From Chthonomonadales bacterium (GTDB lineage Bacteria; Armatimonadota; Chthonomonadetes; Chthonomonadales; CAJBBX01), in contig JADLGO010000027.1 in the NCBI GenBank assembly GCA_020849275.1, forward strand, positions 6,562 to 70,561: a stretch of DNA of 64,000 nucleotides, given 5' to 3'. Every line of letters begins with the position of its first letter. Positions within the stretch are counted from its first letter, which is position 1. Below are positions 40,224 to 48,535 of this stretch, one piece after another. Below the pieces are notes generated by a model. It searched no databases. It was not told the origin of the DNA and saw only the letters and a program-made list of their open reading frames with translations. The translations under genes and the position numbers were made by a program.

Positions 40224-41051
40224 TCACTTGCTTTGCCTGATCCACGCGTGCGCCGGGTCGTCCGACCAGGCGCCGTACGCCCGGTCGTCGCCGGCCAGGG
40301 CCCATACGTACAGTAGGCGATAGCCGGGCGCCGCCACGACCGGGTGGTAGCCACGCGGCAGCACCACCGCGTCGCCGTCGCGCACCGTGTAGCAGACATC
40401 GAACGGCTCCGTGTCGTCCGGCGCGGTGTAGACGCGCTGGAGCGCGAAGCCCTGTGGCGGGTCGAGGCGATAGCAGTAGATCTCTTCCATCGCGCGCTCA
40501 TCGCCCGCATCGCGGTCGTGCTTGTGCGACGGCACGCTGGACCAGTTGCCCGGCGGGTTCACGGTCTCGCCGACCAGCAGCCGGTCCGCCTCCACGTCCG
40601 GACCGATGGAGGTCGTCACGCGGCGCTGCCAGTTGTCCAGGCCCACCGTACGCACGACCGCGACGTCCGGCGGCACTACCGCGGCGCGATGTCGGCTGGT
40701 GGCGGGGGCCGAGAAGGCGAGCGCATCGAACGGGCGCCCGCCGGCATCGATCGTGACGCGCGCGTCGCGCGGCAGGTAGGCCATCGCCGGGGGGCCATCC
40801 AGCGGGCGCTCCCGCCCTCCCACGTTCACGAACGCCGTCTCGTCGGATCCGGCCCGCACGACGAACGAGGCCCGCCCGCCAAGGGCGTCGACGACCCACT
40901 CGCGCTCGCCGGTGTCGAGCATCACCTCCGGCGTGTCCGGGCCGAGGCGCAGGGTGTGCAGGCTCAACAGGCGCGCGGGCGAGTTGCCGGGTCCGATCAC
41001 GCGCGCGAGTCCGTCACGCGCCTCGGGCCGCGCGTAGTGCAGCGAGGTCAT
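40224..41051 (-). CDS. iolB: 5-deoxy-glucuronate isomerase IolB
   Basis: GNWSSVPSHKHD...EEIYCYRLDPPQGFALQRVYT...PRGYHPVVAAPGYRLLYVWALAG...DDPAHAWI closely parallels the Bacillus IolB motifs. Confidence 0.85.
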   Translation of the reverse strand: MTSLHYARPEARDGLARVIGPGNSPARLLSLHTLRLGPDTPEVMLDTGEREWVVDALGGRASFVVRAGSDETAFVNVGGRERPLDGPPAMAYLPRDARVTIDAGGRPFDALAFSAPATSRHRAAVVPPDVAVVRTVGLDNWQRRVTTSIGPDVEADRLLVGETVNPPGNWSSVPSHKHDRDAGDERAMEEIYCYRLDPPQGFALQRVYTAPDDTEPFDVCYTVRDGDAVVLPRGYHPVVAAPGYRLLYVWALAGDDRAYGAWSDDPAHAWIRQSK

Positions 41052-41211
41052 GCGGTCGTCTCTCCCTCTGCCCGGCGTCGATGGTTGGCGTCACACACGG
41101 ATACGCGGGCCGAGCGACGTTTCCCTTCGTCGCCGCGCAGGTCGGCGCGCGCACACCGCCGAAGTTCGGGATCGGCGCGGGCGGCAGGGCGCCGAAGGAG
41201 AGGGCAGGGCG

Positions 41212-42924
41212 ATGGGAACCAGAGGGGTAGGCCGGTGGTGGCTGTACGCGGCCGCGCTCGCGGCGACGTGGTGCTCGGCTCCGCCGGCATGGGCGCGCCC
41301 GGCGGACCGTCGCTCCGCGCCGGCGTTCGCGATCCGGGGCATCAAGGGTCTGTGGTGGGAGGGCATCGAGAGCTACCGGAAGGCGCTGCCGTGGCTCGCG
41401 CGCCACCGCATGAACTTCCTGATGTACTGCTACTCGTCGTTCCCGGCAAGCGGCCAGCGCTGGCGCGAGGACTACACGCCCTCGGAGCTAGCCGCCTTTC
41501 GCGACATGGCCGGCGATGCTCGGGGGCTCGGCGTGCGCCTGTGCCTGTCGTTCAACCCGGGGATCTGGAGCCGTCCGCCGCTCGTCTACAGTGACGAACG
41601 CGACTATCAGCTCGCGTTGCGCAAGGTGCGCATGGTGCACGCTACCGGCGTCCATTGGTTCGCGCTCTGCCTCGACGACATCGGCCGCGAGCTCTCCGCA
41701 TCGGACCGTCAGCGGTTCGGCACGCTCGCCGCGGCACAGGCGCACTTCGTGAACCGGCTGTGGCGCGACATGGCGACGCTGCGTCCGAAGCCCGTCCTCA
41801 TTTTCTGCCCCAGCGCCTACACGACGGCCGATGCGCGCGCGCACTTGGACTACATCCGCGCGGTCGGCGGGCGCATCGATCCCGCCGTCCGCTTCTTCTG
41901 GACCGGTCCGGAGGTCTGCTCCCCGTCGATCACCGCCGCGGACGCGCGCGTGTTCGCGGCATGGATTCGCCGCAAGCCGATCGTGTGGGACAACTACCCG
42001 GTCAACGACATGTTCCCCTGGCGCCCGCTGCTGGCGCCTCTGCGCCGCCGCTCTCCGGACCTCGGCGCCGAGGTGGCTGGCTACATGGCGAACCCCATGC
42101 GGCAGTGGGAGCTCTCGCGGATCCCGCTGGCCACCACCGCCCGCTATCTCGCCGCGCCCGCAGCCTACGATCCGGCGCGGGCCGGGCGCGCCGCGCTGGA
42201 GCAGTTCGCGCCGGCCGACCGGCCCGCCGTCGCGGCGCTCGCGGCTCTCTACGGCACCTCGTTCTGGGGCGAGCCGGGGTTCCCGCCGCGCCCGACCCGC
42301 TGCGCGCCCCCCGAGGCGCTCAGGCGCCTCGCGCGCTACCAGGCGGCGCGATCGCTGCTGCGCGCGAGGCCCGCGCTGCGCGACCTGTACGCCGCGGCGG
42401 AGCCGACGCTCGATGAGGACATCCGCGCGCTCGAGCGCATGGCCCGGCCGCGCCGGGAGCGGTCACCGCTGGCTGCGGAGGGCGACGAGTTCGAGGGGGG
42501 CGGCGGCCCCGTCTTCGGCTTCAACAAGCTCGGCCGGCGCGTCAACTACGTCTACGCGCGGCCGACGAGGCGCGACCGCATCCAGGTGGCGTTCTGGCCG
42601 CACCGCGTGCCGGCGGCGGGCGCCCGCCTCCTGCTCACGGCTCGCAACGACGACTTCGGCACAAAGGCGCGCATCGTGGTGTCCATCAACGACTGGACCG
42701 TCTTCGCCGGCCCATCGCCGTTTCCGAGCGACGCCTTCGCCACGCGAGCATATCCGGTGCCGGCCGAGGCGCTGCGCAGTGGGCGCAATCTGCTGACCAT
42801 CCGAAACCTGGAGCGCGAAGGTGTTCTGGGGATGCCGCCCTGGTTCATGGTCAGCGAGGCGCGCCTCGCCATCGGGCGAGGCATCTTGCCGCGCGAGCGT
42901 GCCGCACCGAGGAGACGACCATGA
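41212..42924 (+). CDS. Secreted GH84-like beta-N-acetylglucosaminidase (O-GlcNAcase family) with a C-terminal beta-sandwich
   Basis: ATG at 41212 after AAGGAGAGGG. A signal peptide is present. WFALCLDDIG carries the catalytic Asp-Asp pair, and VWDNYPVND is present. Confidence 0.8.
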   Translation: MGTRGVGRWWLYAAALAATWCSAPPAWARPADRRSAPAFAIRGIKGLWWEGIESYRKALPWLARHRMNFLMYCYSSFPASGQRWREDYTPSELAAFRDMAGDARGLGVRLCLSFNPGIWSRPPLVYSDERDYQLALRKVRMVHATGVHWFALCLDDIGRELSASDRQRFGTLAAAQAHFVNRLWRDMATLRPKPVLIFCPSAYTTADARAHLDYIRAVGGRIDPAVRFFWTGPEVCSPSITAADARVFAAWIRRKPIVWDNYPVNDMFPWRPLLAPLRRRSPDLGAEVAGYMANPMRQWELSRIPLATTARYLAAPAAYDPARAGRAALEQFAPADRPAVAALAALYGTSFWGEPGFPPRPTRCAPPEALRRLARYQAARSLLRARPALRDLYAAAEPTLDEDIRALERMARPRRERSPLAAEGDEFEGGGGPVFGFNKLGRRVNYVYARPTRRDRIQVAFWPHRVPAAGARLLLTARNDDFGTKARIVVSINDWTVFAGPSPFPSDAFATRAYPVPAEALRSGRNLLTIRNLEREGVLGMPPWFMVSEARLAIGRGILPRERAAPRRRP

Positions 42925-43391
42925 TCGAGATCCGGCACCGGAGCAGCGGGCGTAGCTTCCTCAGCGTGGACGCCGACACGCTGGAGCGCGCCAACCTTGC
43001 CGGGGAGTACCTGATCCACGCTGACCTGGCGCACGCGAACCTTCGCGGCGCGCAGCTTCTCTTCGCCAATCTGTCCGGCGCCGACATGCGCGGAGCCGAT
43101 CTGGCGGGCGCCAACCTGCGCGGCGCGGTGCTGATCGAGACCGATCTGAACGGCGCCGACCTCGCCGGCGCGATCCTCAGCGGCGCCACACTCTCGCTGA
43201 CGATCCTGGCCGGGTGTCCGAGCCTTCACCGGGCCGTCGGGATCGACAAGGTCCGGCACCAGGGCCCTTCGATGCTGGACCGGGTCACCCTGAGCGCCGG
43301 CGGCGGGGTTCTGCCCGACAGCTTCCTGCGCGGCGCCGGGTTCACCGGGGGCGAGATCGCCGCGATTCGGGCGGAGTCCGCCAGCGAGTGA
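42921..43391 (+). CDS. Pentapeptide-repeat protein
   Basis: ATGA overlap with the GH84 stop. Runs of A(D/N)LxG, e.g. ADLAHANLRGAQLLFANLSGADMRGADLAGANLRGAVLIETDLNGADLAGAILSGA. Confidence 0.85.
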   Translation: MIEIRHRSSGRSFLSVDADTLERANLAGEYLIHADLAHANLRGAQLLFANLSGADMRGADLAGANLRGAVLIETDLNGADLAGAILSGATLSLTILAGCPSLHRAVGIDKVRHQGPSMLDRVTLSAGGGVLPDSFLRGAGFTGGEIAAIRAESASE

Positions 43392-43425
43392 GCGGGCGAG
43401 GCGCCAGCCGGCGCAGGGCGATCTG

Positions 43426-43434
43426 TGCTATAAT
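43426..43434 (+). promoter_or_regulatory. Extended -10 promoter element TGcTATAAT (orphan, intergenic)
   Basis: Reads gatcTGTGCTATAATgg, 35 nt after the pentapeptide gene stop. It is identical to the ispG element at 23398-23406. Confidence 0.5.
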
Positions 43435-43440
43435 GGAAGG

Positions 43441-43653
43441 CGAAGAGGGACGCACCATGCGCGGTGTAGGCTACCTGACCGCGTCCGCTGAGCGACCTCA
43501 TGCCGGGTCGGCGTGCGCGGTTCATCGGCTCCCTGGGTACTGGTTCTGGGCGATCGGCGCCGCGCCCGTTCCTCCTCTTGAACCACTTTTCATAGCAAAG
43601 CTAAGCGAGTTCGCGCGGGGGAAGCTTTCGGCCTGAAAGCGTCCCCCGCTTTT
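43441..43653 (+). ncRNA. Candidate structured RNA (sRNA or cis-regulatory leader of PFOR), class not recognised
   Basis: Bounded by the promoter at 43426-43434 and the terminator at 43615-43653. GC is locally lower. The only ORF (59 codons) has atypically low GC3. A long-range helix pairs AAGAGG(GACG) at 43443-43452 with (CG)UUCCUCCUCUU at 43567-43579. A local hairpin lies at 43460-43483. Confidence 0.35.
43615..43653 (+). terminator. Strong intrinsic terminator
   Basis: GCGGGGGAaGCTTTC-ggcct-GAAAGCgTCCCCCGC (14 bp with one mismatch) followed by TTTTGCTT. PFOR starts 105 nt downstream. Confidence 0.65.
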
Positions 43654-43757
43654 GCTTGCGCTCCCCGACGCGCGCACCGAGTCAACCTCCGGCGCCTGCT
43701 GGCGTGTGCGTGTTGCGCCCCACTGCCGGCGCTGGCACCCTCGAAAGGGCACAGGGA

Positions 43758-46700
43758 ATGTCACGAAGCCATGTCACCATAGACGGCATCGAGGCCGCGG
43801 CGTACATCGCGTTCAAGACAAGCGAGGTCATCGCGATCTACCCGATCACGCCGTCGACCGGCATGGGCGAGATGAGCGACGCGTGGGCCGCCGCGGGCCA
43901 GCAGAACATCTGGGGTACGGTGCCCCTCGTCCAGGAGATGCAGTCGGAGGGAGGCGCCGCCGGCGCCTGCCACGGCTCGCTCCAGGCGGGCGCCCTCACC
44001 ACGTCGTTCACCGCCAGCCAGGGCCTCCTGCTGATGATCCCCAACATGTACAAGATCGCCGGGGAGCTCACCAGCGCGGTCTTTCACATCACCGCCCGTT
44101 CCGTCGCCACCCACGCGCTCTCGATCTTCGGCGATCACAGCGACGTGATGGCCACCCGCCAGACGGGATGGGGCATGTTGTTCGCCAACTCGGTTCAAGA
44201 GACGCACGACTTCGCCTTGATCTCGATGGCCGCCACGCTCGAGGCGCGGGTCCCGTTCCTGAACATCATGGACGGTTTCCGCACCTCGCACGAGGTGATG
44301 AAGATCGAGAAGCTAACCGAGCAGGACATCCGCGCGATGGTGGGCCAGGATCTGATCCGCCAGCACCGAGAGCGCGCGCTCTCGCCCGACCACCCGGTCC
44401 TGCGCGGTACGGCCCAGAACCCCGACGTGTTCTTCCAGGCCCGCGAGGCCGTCAATCCGTATTACCTGGCGGCTCCCGCCATCGTGCGAAACACCATGGA
44501 CCGCTTCGCGGAGCTCACCGGCCGCCGCTACCGCCTGTTCGACTACGTCGGCGCGCCCGACGCCGAGCGGGTGATGGTCGTGATGGGGTCGGCCAGCGAG
44601 ACCGCCGAGGAGGCCGTGCGCTATCTCACGGAGCATGGCGAGAAGGTGGGGCTGTTGAAGGTTCGGCTGTACCGGCCGTTCGACGTGGAGGCCTGCCTGG
44701 CCGCCCTGCCGGCGACGACGCGCGGCATCGCGGTGCTCGACCGTACGAAGGAGCCAGGCGGCGTGGGCGAGCCGCTCTACCAGGACATCCTGACGGCGGT
44801 CGCGGAAGGGATGTCGGGCGGCAAGGCTCCGTTCGCCGCATTCCCGAAGGTGATCGGCGGCCGCTACGGCCTCTCCTGCAAGGAGTTCACGCCGGCCATG
44901 GCCCGGGCCGTGCTCGACGAGCTCTCCAGCCCGGCGCCGAAGAACCACTTCACGGTCGGCATCGAGGACGACGTCACGCACACCAGCCTGCCGGTTGACC
45001 CCGCGTTCAGCACGGAGCCCGACGACGTCGTCCGAGCGGTCTTCTGGGGGCTTGGCGCCGACGGCACCGTCGGCGCCAACAAGAACTCCATCAAGATCAT
45101 CGGCGAGGAGACCGCCAACAGCGCCCAGGGGTACTTCGTCTACGACTCCAAAAAGTCCGGGTCCGTCACCACGTCCCACTTGCGCTTCGGTCCCCGCGAT
45201 ATCCACAGCTCCTACCTGATCGGTCACGCCAACTTCGTCGCCATCCATCAGTTCGGGTTCGTCGACCGCTACCCCGTGCTGGACTCGGCGGCCGCCGGCG
45301 CTACCGTGCTGCTCAACAGCCCCTACGGCCCGGGCGAGGTGTGGGACCGGCTGCCTCGCTCCTTCCAGGAGACGGTGATCGAGCGCAATCTGAAGCTGTG
45401 GGTGATGGACGCCTACGATGTGGCGCGCGCCACCGGCATGGGCGTTCGCATCAACACCGTGATGCAGACGGCCTTCTTCGCGATCAGCGGCGTCCTGCCG
45501 CGCGACGAGGCGATCGAGCAGATCAAGAAGGCGATCCAGAAGACGTACGGCAAGCGCGGCGAGGCCGTGGTGCAGAAGAACTTCGCCGCGGTCGATGCCG
45601 CTCTGGCGCACCTTCACCCGGTGGTCGTGCCGAGCCAGGTGTCGAGCACGTTGGAGCCCGCGGCCGTCGTGTCCCCCAGCGCGCCCAGGTTCGTGCGTGA
45701 GGTGACGGCCGAGATGATCGCCGGTCGCGGCGATCTGCTGCCGGTCAGCGCGATGCCCCCGGACGGCACCTTCCCAACCGGCACCACGCAGTGGGAGAAG
45801 CGCAACATCGCGCTGGATGTGCCGGTGTGGGACCCCGACGTTTGCATCCAGTGCGGCAAGTGCGTCCTGGTCTGCCCGCACGCCGTGATCCGCTCCAGGG
45901 TCTGCGAGCCGTCCGCGCTCGAGGGCGCGCCCGCCACGTTCAAGTCCACCCCGGCGAAGTGGCGGGAGATGGCCGGCCAGCGGTACGTCCTCCAGGTCGC
46001 CGTCGAGGACTGCACGGGCTGCTCGTTGTGCGTGGAGGTGTGCCCCGCGAAGAACAAGTCCGAGGTCGGCCGCAAGGCCATCAACATGGCCCCGCAGCGC
46101 CCGCTGCGCGACGCCGAGCGCGAGAACTGGGAGTTCTTCCTGACGCTGCCAGACGTCCCGCGCACCGGGGAGGTCGTGCGCTTCTCCAACGTGAAGAACG
46201 TGCAGCTCCTGCAGCCGCTGTTCGAGTTCTCGGGCGCATGCGGCGGGTGCGGCGAGACGCCCTACCTGAAGCTGCTCAGCCAGCTCTTCGGTGACCGCGC
46301 TCTGATCGCCAACGCCACGGGCTGCTCCAGCATCTACGGGGGGAATCTGCCCACGACTCCCTGGGCTCAGGACGCCGCGGGGCGCGGCCCGGCATGGAGC
46401 AACTCGCTGTTCGAGGACAACGCGGAGTTCGGTCTCGGGATGCGGCTGGCGCTCAACCAGCAGCAGGCCCTCGCCGCGCGGCTGCTCGACCGGCTTCGCG
46501 AGCGGGTCGGCGACGGCCTGGCGGATGGCCTGCTCTCCGCCGACCAGCGCGACGAGATCGGCATCGCGGCCCAGCGCGCGCGGGTGGCCGAGTTGAAGGA
46601 GCTCTTCTCCGGCACGGACGACGCCGACGCGCGCGACTTGCTGGCCGTGGCGGACGCGCTCGTCGCCAAGAGCGTGTGGATCGTGGGCGGCGATGGATGG

Positions 46701-47387
46701 GCCTACGACATCGGCTACGGCGGCCTCGACCACGTGCTCTCGACGGGGCATAACGTGAACCTGCTCGTCCTCGACACGGAGGTCTACTCCAACACGGGCG
46801 GCCAGGCGTCGAAGTCCACGGCCCGTGGCGCTGTCGCCAAGTTCGCGGCCGGAGGCAAGCCGGCGGGCAAGAAGGACCTTGGCCGGATGGCGATGGTCTA
46901 CGACAACGTGTATGTCGCGACAGTCGCCATGGGCGCCAGCGACGCGCAGACGGTGCGCGCGTTCCAGGAGGCCGAGGCGCACGAGGGGCCCTCGATCATC
47001 ATCGCCTACAGCCACTGCATCGCGCACGGGATCGACATGGCCCGGGGCATGACCCAGCAGAAGATGGCGGTGGACTCCGGCGCCTTCCCACTCTACCGCT
47101 ACAACCCGGCGCTGGCCGAGCAGGGCAAGAACCCGCTGCAACTGGACAGCAAGGAGCCGTCGCTCCCGCTCAAGGACTACATCTACACGGAGAACCGCTA
47201 CCGCATGCTGGTCCAGAGTGACCCGGCCGCGGCCGAGCGGCTTCTCGCGCTGGCGCAGGACGATGTGAGTAAGCGGTGGCGCGCCTACCAGCAGATGGCC
47301 AGCGCGACCGTGGCGCCCCTCGCGGAGGCCGGCGCGCCCAGGCCCGTCTCCGGCAACGGCGCCGGGTCCGACTCGACCGCCAACTAA
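43758..47387 (+). CDS. nifJ: Pyruvate:ferredoxin (flavodoxin) oxidoreductase (PFOR/NifJ type)
   Basis: ATG at 43758 gives 1209 aa. N-terminus [27 protein letters not shown]. Two ferredoxin motifs [12 protein letters not shown] and [15 protein letters not shown] domain [17 protein letters not shown]. Confidence 0.95.
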   Translation: MSRSHVTIDGIEAAAYIAFKTSEVIAIYPITPSTGMGEMSDAWAAAGQQNIWGTVPLVQEMQSEGGAAGACHGSLQAGALTTSFTASQGLLLMIPNMYKIAGELTSAVFHITARSVATHALSIFGDHSDVMATRQTGWGMLFANSVQETHDFALISMAATLEARVPFLNIMDGFRTSHEVMKIEKLTEQDIRAMVGQDLIRQHRERALSPDHPVLRGTAQNPDVFFQAREAVNPYYLAAPAIVRNTMDRFAELTGRRYRLFDYVGAPDAERVMVVMGSASETAEEAVRYLTEHGEKVGLLKVRLYRPFDVEACLAALPATTRGIAVLDRTKEPGGVGEPLYQDILTAVAEGMSGGKAPFAAFPKVIGGRYGLSCKEFTPAMARAVLDELSSPAPKNHFTVGIEDDVTHTSLPVDPAFSTEPDDVVRAVFWGLGADGTVGANKNSIKIIGEETANSAQGYFVYDSKKSGSVTTSHLRFGPRDIHSSYLIGHANFVAIHQFGFVDRYPVLDSAAAGATVLLNSPYGPGEVWDRLPRSFQETVIERNLKLWVMDAYDVARATGMGVRINTVMQTAFFAISGVLPRDEAIEQIKKAIQKTYGKRGEAVVQKNFAAVDAALAHLHPVVVPSQVSSTLEPAAVVSPSAPRFVREVTAEMIAGRGDLLPVSAMPPDGTFPTGTTQWEKRNIALDVPVWDPDVCIQCGKCVLVCPHAVIRSRVCEPSALEGAPATFKSTPAKWREMAGQRYVLQVAVEDCTGCSLCVEVCPAKNKSEVGRKAINMAPQRPLRDAERENWEFFLTLPDVPRTGEVVRFSNVKNVQLLQPLFEFSGACGGCGETPYLKLLSQLFGDRALIANATGCSSIYGGNLPTTPWAQDAAGRGPAWSNSLFEDNAEFGLGMRLALNQQQALAARLLDRLRERVGDGLADGLLSADQRDEIGIAAQRARVAELKELFSGTDDADARDLLAVADALVAKSVWIVGGDGWAYDIGYGGLDHVLSTGHNVNLLVLDTEVYSNTGGQASKSTARGAVAKFAAGGKPAGKKDLGRMAMVYDNVYVATVAMGASDAQTVRAFQEAEAHEGPSIIIAYSHCIAHGIDMARGMTQQKMAVDSGAFPLYRYNPALAEQGKNPLQLDSKEPSLPLKDYIYTENRYRMLVQSDPAAAERLLALAQDDVSKRWRAYQQMASATVAPLAEAGAPRPVSGNGAGSDSTAN

Positions 47388-47400
47388 GGAGCCAGACACG

Positions 47401-48414
47401 ATGGACCTGACCACACGCTATATGGGCCTTGACCTGAGGAACCCGGTCGTGCCGGCTGCCTCTCCGCTCTCCGGCGACCTGGCCAGCATCCGCGAGCTCG
47501 AGGACGCGGGAGCCGCGGCGGTCGTCCTGCACTCCCTCTTCGAGGAGCAGATCACCGGCGAGGAGGAGCAACTCGACCACTACCTCACCTACGGCACGGA
47601 GAGCTATGCCGAGGCGATGACCTACTTCCCGCCAAGGACGGAGTTCCACACCGGGCCAGACGAGTACCTGGAGCTGATCCGGTCGGCCAGGGAGGCAGTT
47701 GGCATCCCGGTGATCGCGAGCCTCAACGGCGTCTCCAGCGGGGGCTGGACCACCTATGCCCGCCGAATGCAGGAGGCCGGCGCCCACGCGCTCGAGCTTA
47801 ACATCTACTACATCCCGACCGACCCGCAGCGTACATCGGCCGAGGTGGAGCAGATGTACGTGGACGTTCTGCGCCAGGTACGCGACAGCGTTCGAATCCC
47901 GGTCGCCATCAAGGTCGGGCCCTACTTCAGCTCGACCGCCAACATGGCGGCCCGTCTGGCGGAAGCCGGAGCCGGAGCCCTCGTGCTTTTCAACCGCTTC
48001 TACCAGCCCGACATCGACCTGGAGAACCTTGTGGTGGTGCCGCGACTCGTGCTCAGCTCGTCGGACGAGCTGCGCCTGCCGCTGCGCTGGACCGCGATCC
48101 TCTACGGCCGTGTGTCGGTGGACCTTGCCATCACAGGCGGCGTCCACACGCACGAGGATCTGCTCAAGGCGATGATGGCCGGCGCGAACATCGCGCAGAT
48201 CGCCTCCGGGCTTCTGGCCAATGGCGCCGGCCGCATCGGCGAGATCCTGGAGGGAACCCGCCGCTGGATGGAGCAGTATGAGTACGACTCGATCGCCCAG
48301 ATGCGCGGAAGCATGAGCCAGCTCCGCGTGGCCGAGCCCGCGGCCTTCGAGCGGGCGAACTACATGAAGGTGCTCGCCTCGTGGCGGCCCGACCCCACGG
48401 GTCGGCTCTACTGA
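47401..48414 (+). CDS. Dihydroorotate dehydrogenase-like TIM-barrel flavoprotein (PFOR-associated)
   Basis: 337 aa containing [13 protein letters not shown]...LELNIYYIP...IPVAIKVGP...[14 protein letters not shown], a DHOD-like fold. It starts 13 nt downstream of PFOR. Confidence 0.85.
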   Translation: MDLTTRYMGLDLRNPVVPAASPLSGDLASIRELEDAGAAAVVLHSLFEEQITGEEEQLDHYLTYGTESYAEAMTYFPPRTEFHTGPDEYLELIRSAREAVGIPVIASLNGVSSGGWTTYARRMQEAGAHALELNIYYIPTDPQRTSAEVEQMYVDVLRQVRDSVRIPVAIKVGPYFSSTANMAARLAEAGAGALVLFNRFYQPDIDLENLVVVPRLVLSSSDELRLPLRWTAILYGRVSVDLAITGGVHTHEDLLKAMMAGANIAQIASGLLANGAGRIGEILEGTRRWMEQYEYDSIAQMRGSMSQLRVAEPAAFERANYMKVLASWRPDPTGRLY

Positions 48415-48460
48415 GGCGCGGCCCCGGCGCGGCCCGGCCGGCGCTGGGATGCCGAACGCA

Positions 48461-48493
48461 GCAATGGGGTCCGGCGACGCCGGACCCCATTGC
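48461..48493 (+). terminator. Perfect 15-bp hairpin after the PFOR operon (no U-tract)
   Basis: GCAATGGGGTCCGGC-gac-GCCGGACCCCATTGC, 47 nt after the stop of the DHOD-like gene. Confidence 0.45.
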
Positions 48494-48535
48494 GCCTCTG
48501 GCGGCCCAGCCGCCGCACGCTATCGGGAGGAGCCC

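Noticed and set aside
43457-43636. 59-codon ORF (MRGVGYLTASAERPH...) inside the candidate RNA, with a GA-rich stretch 8 nt upstream
   Set aside because: Roughly one third or more of its third codon positions are A/T, against the strongly GC3-biased real genes here. Its stop codon lies in the terminator loop. I treat it as non-coding or at most a leader ORF, and I kept it as an alternative explanation in the finding.
44313-47414. 1033-aa minus-strand ORF opposite PFOR
   Set aside because: It is a shadow ORF of an unmistakable PFOR gene. The composition is R/G/A/H-rich with no domain signatures.
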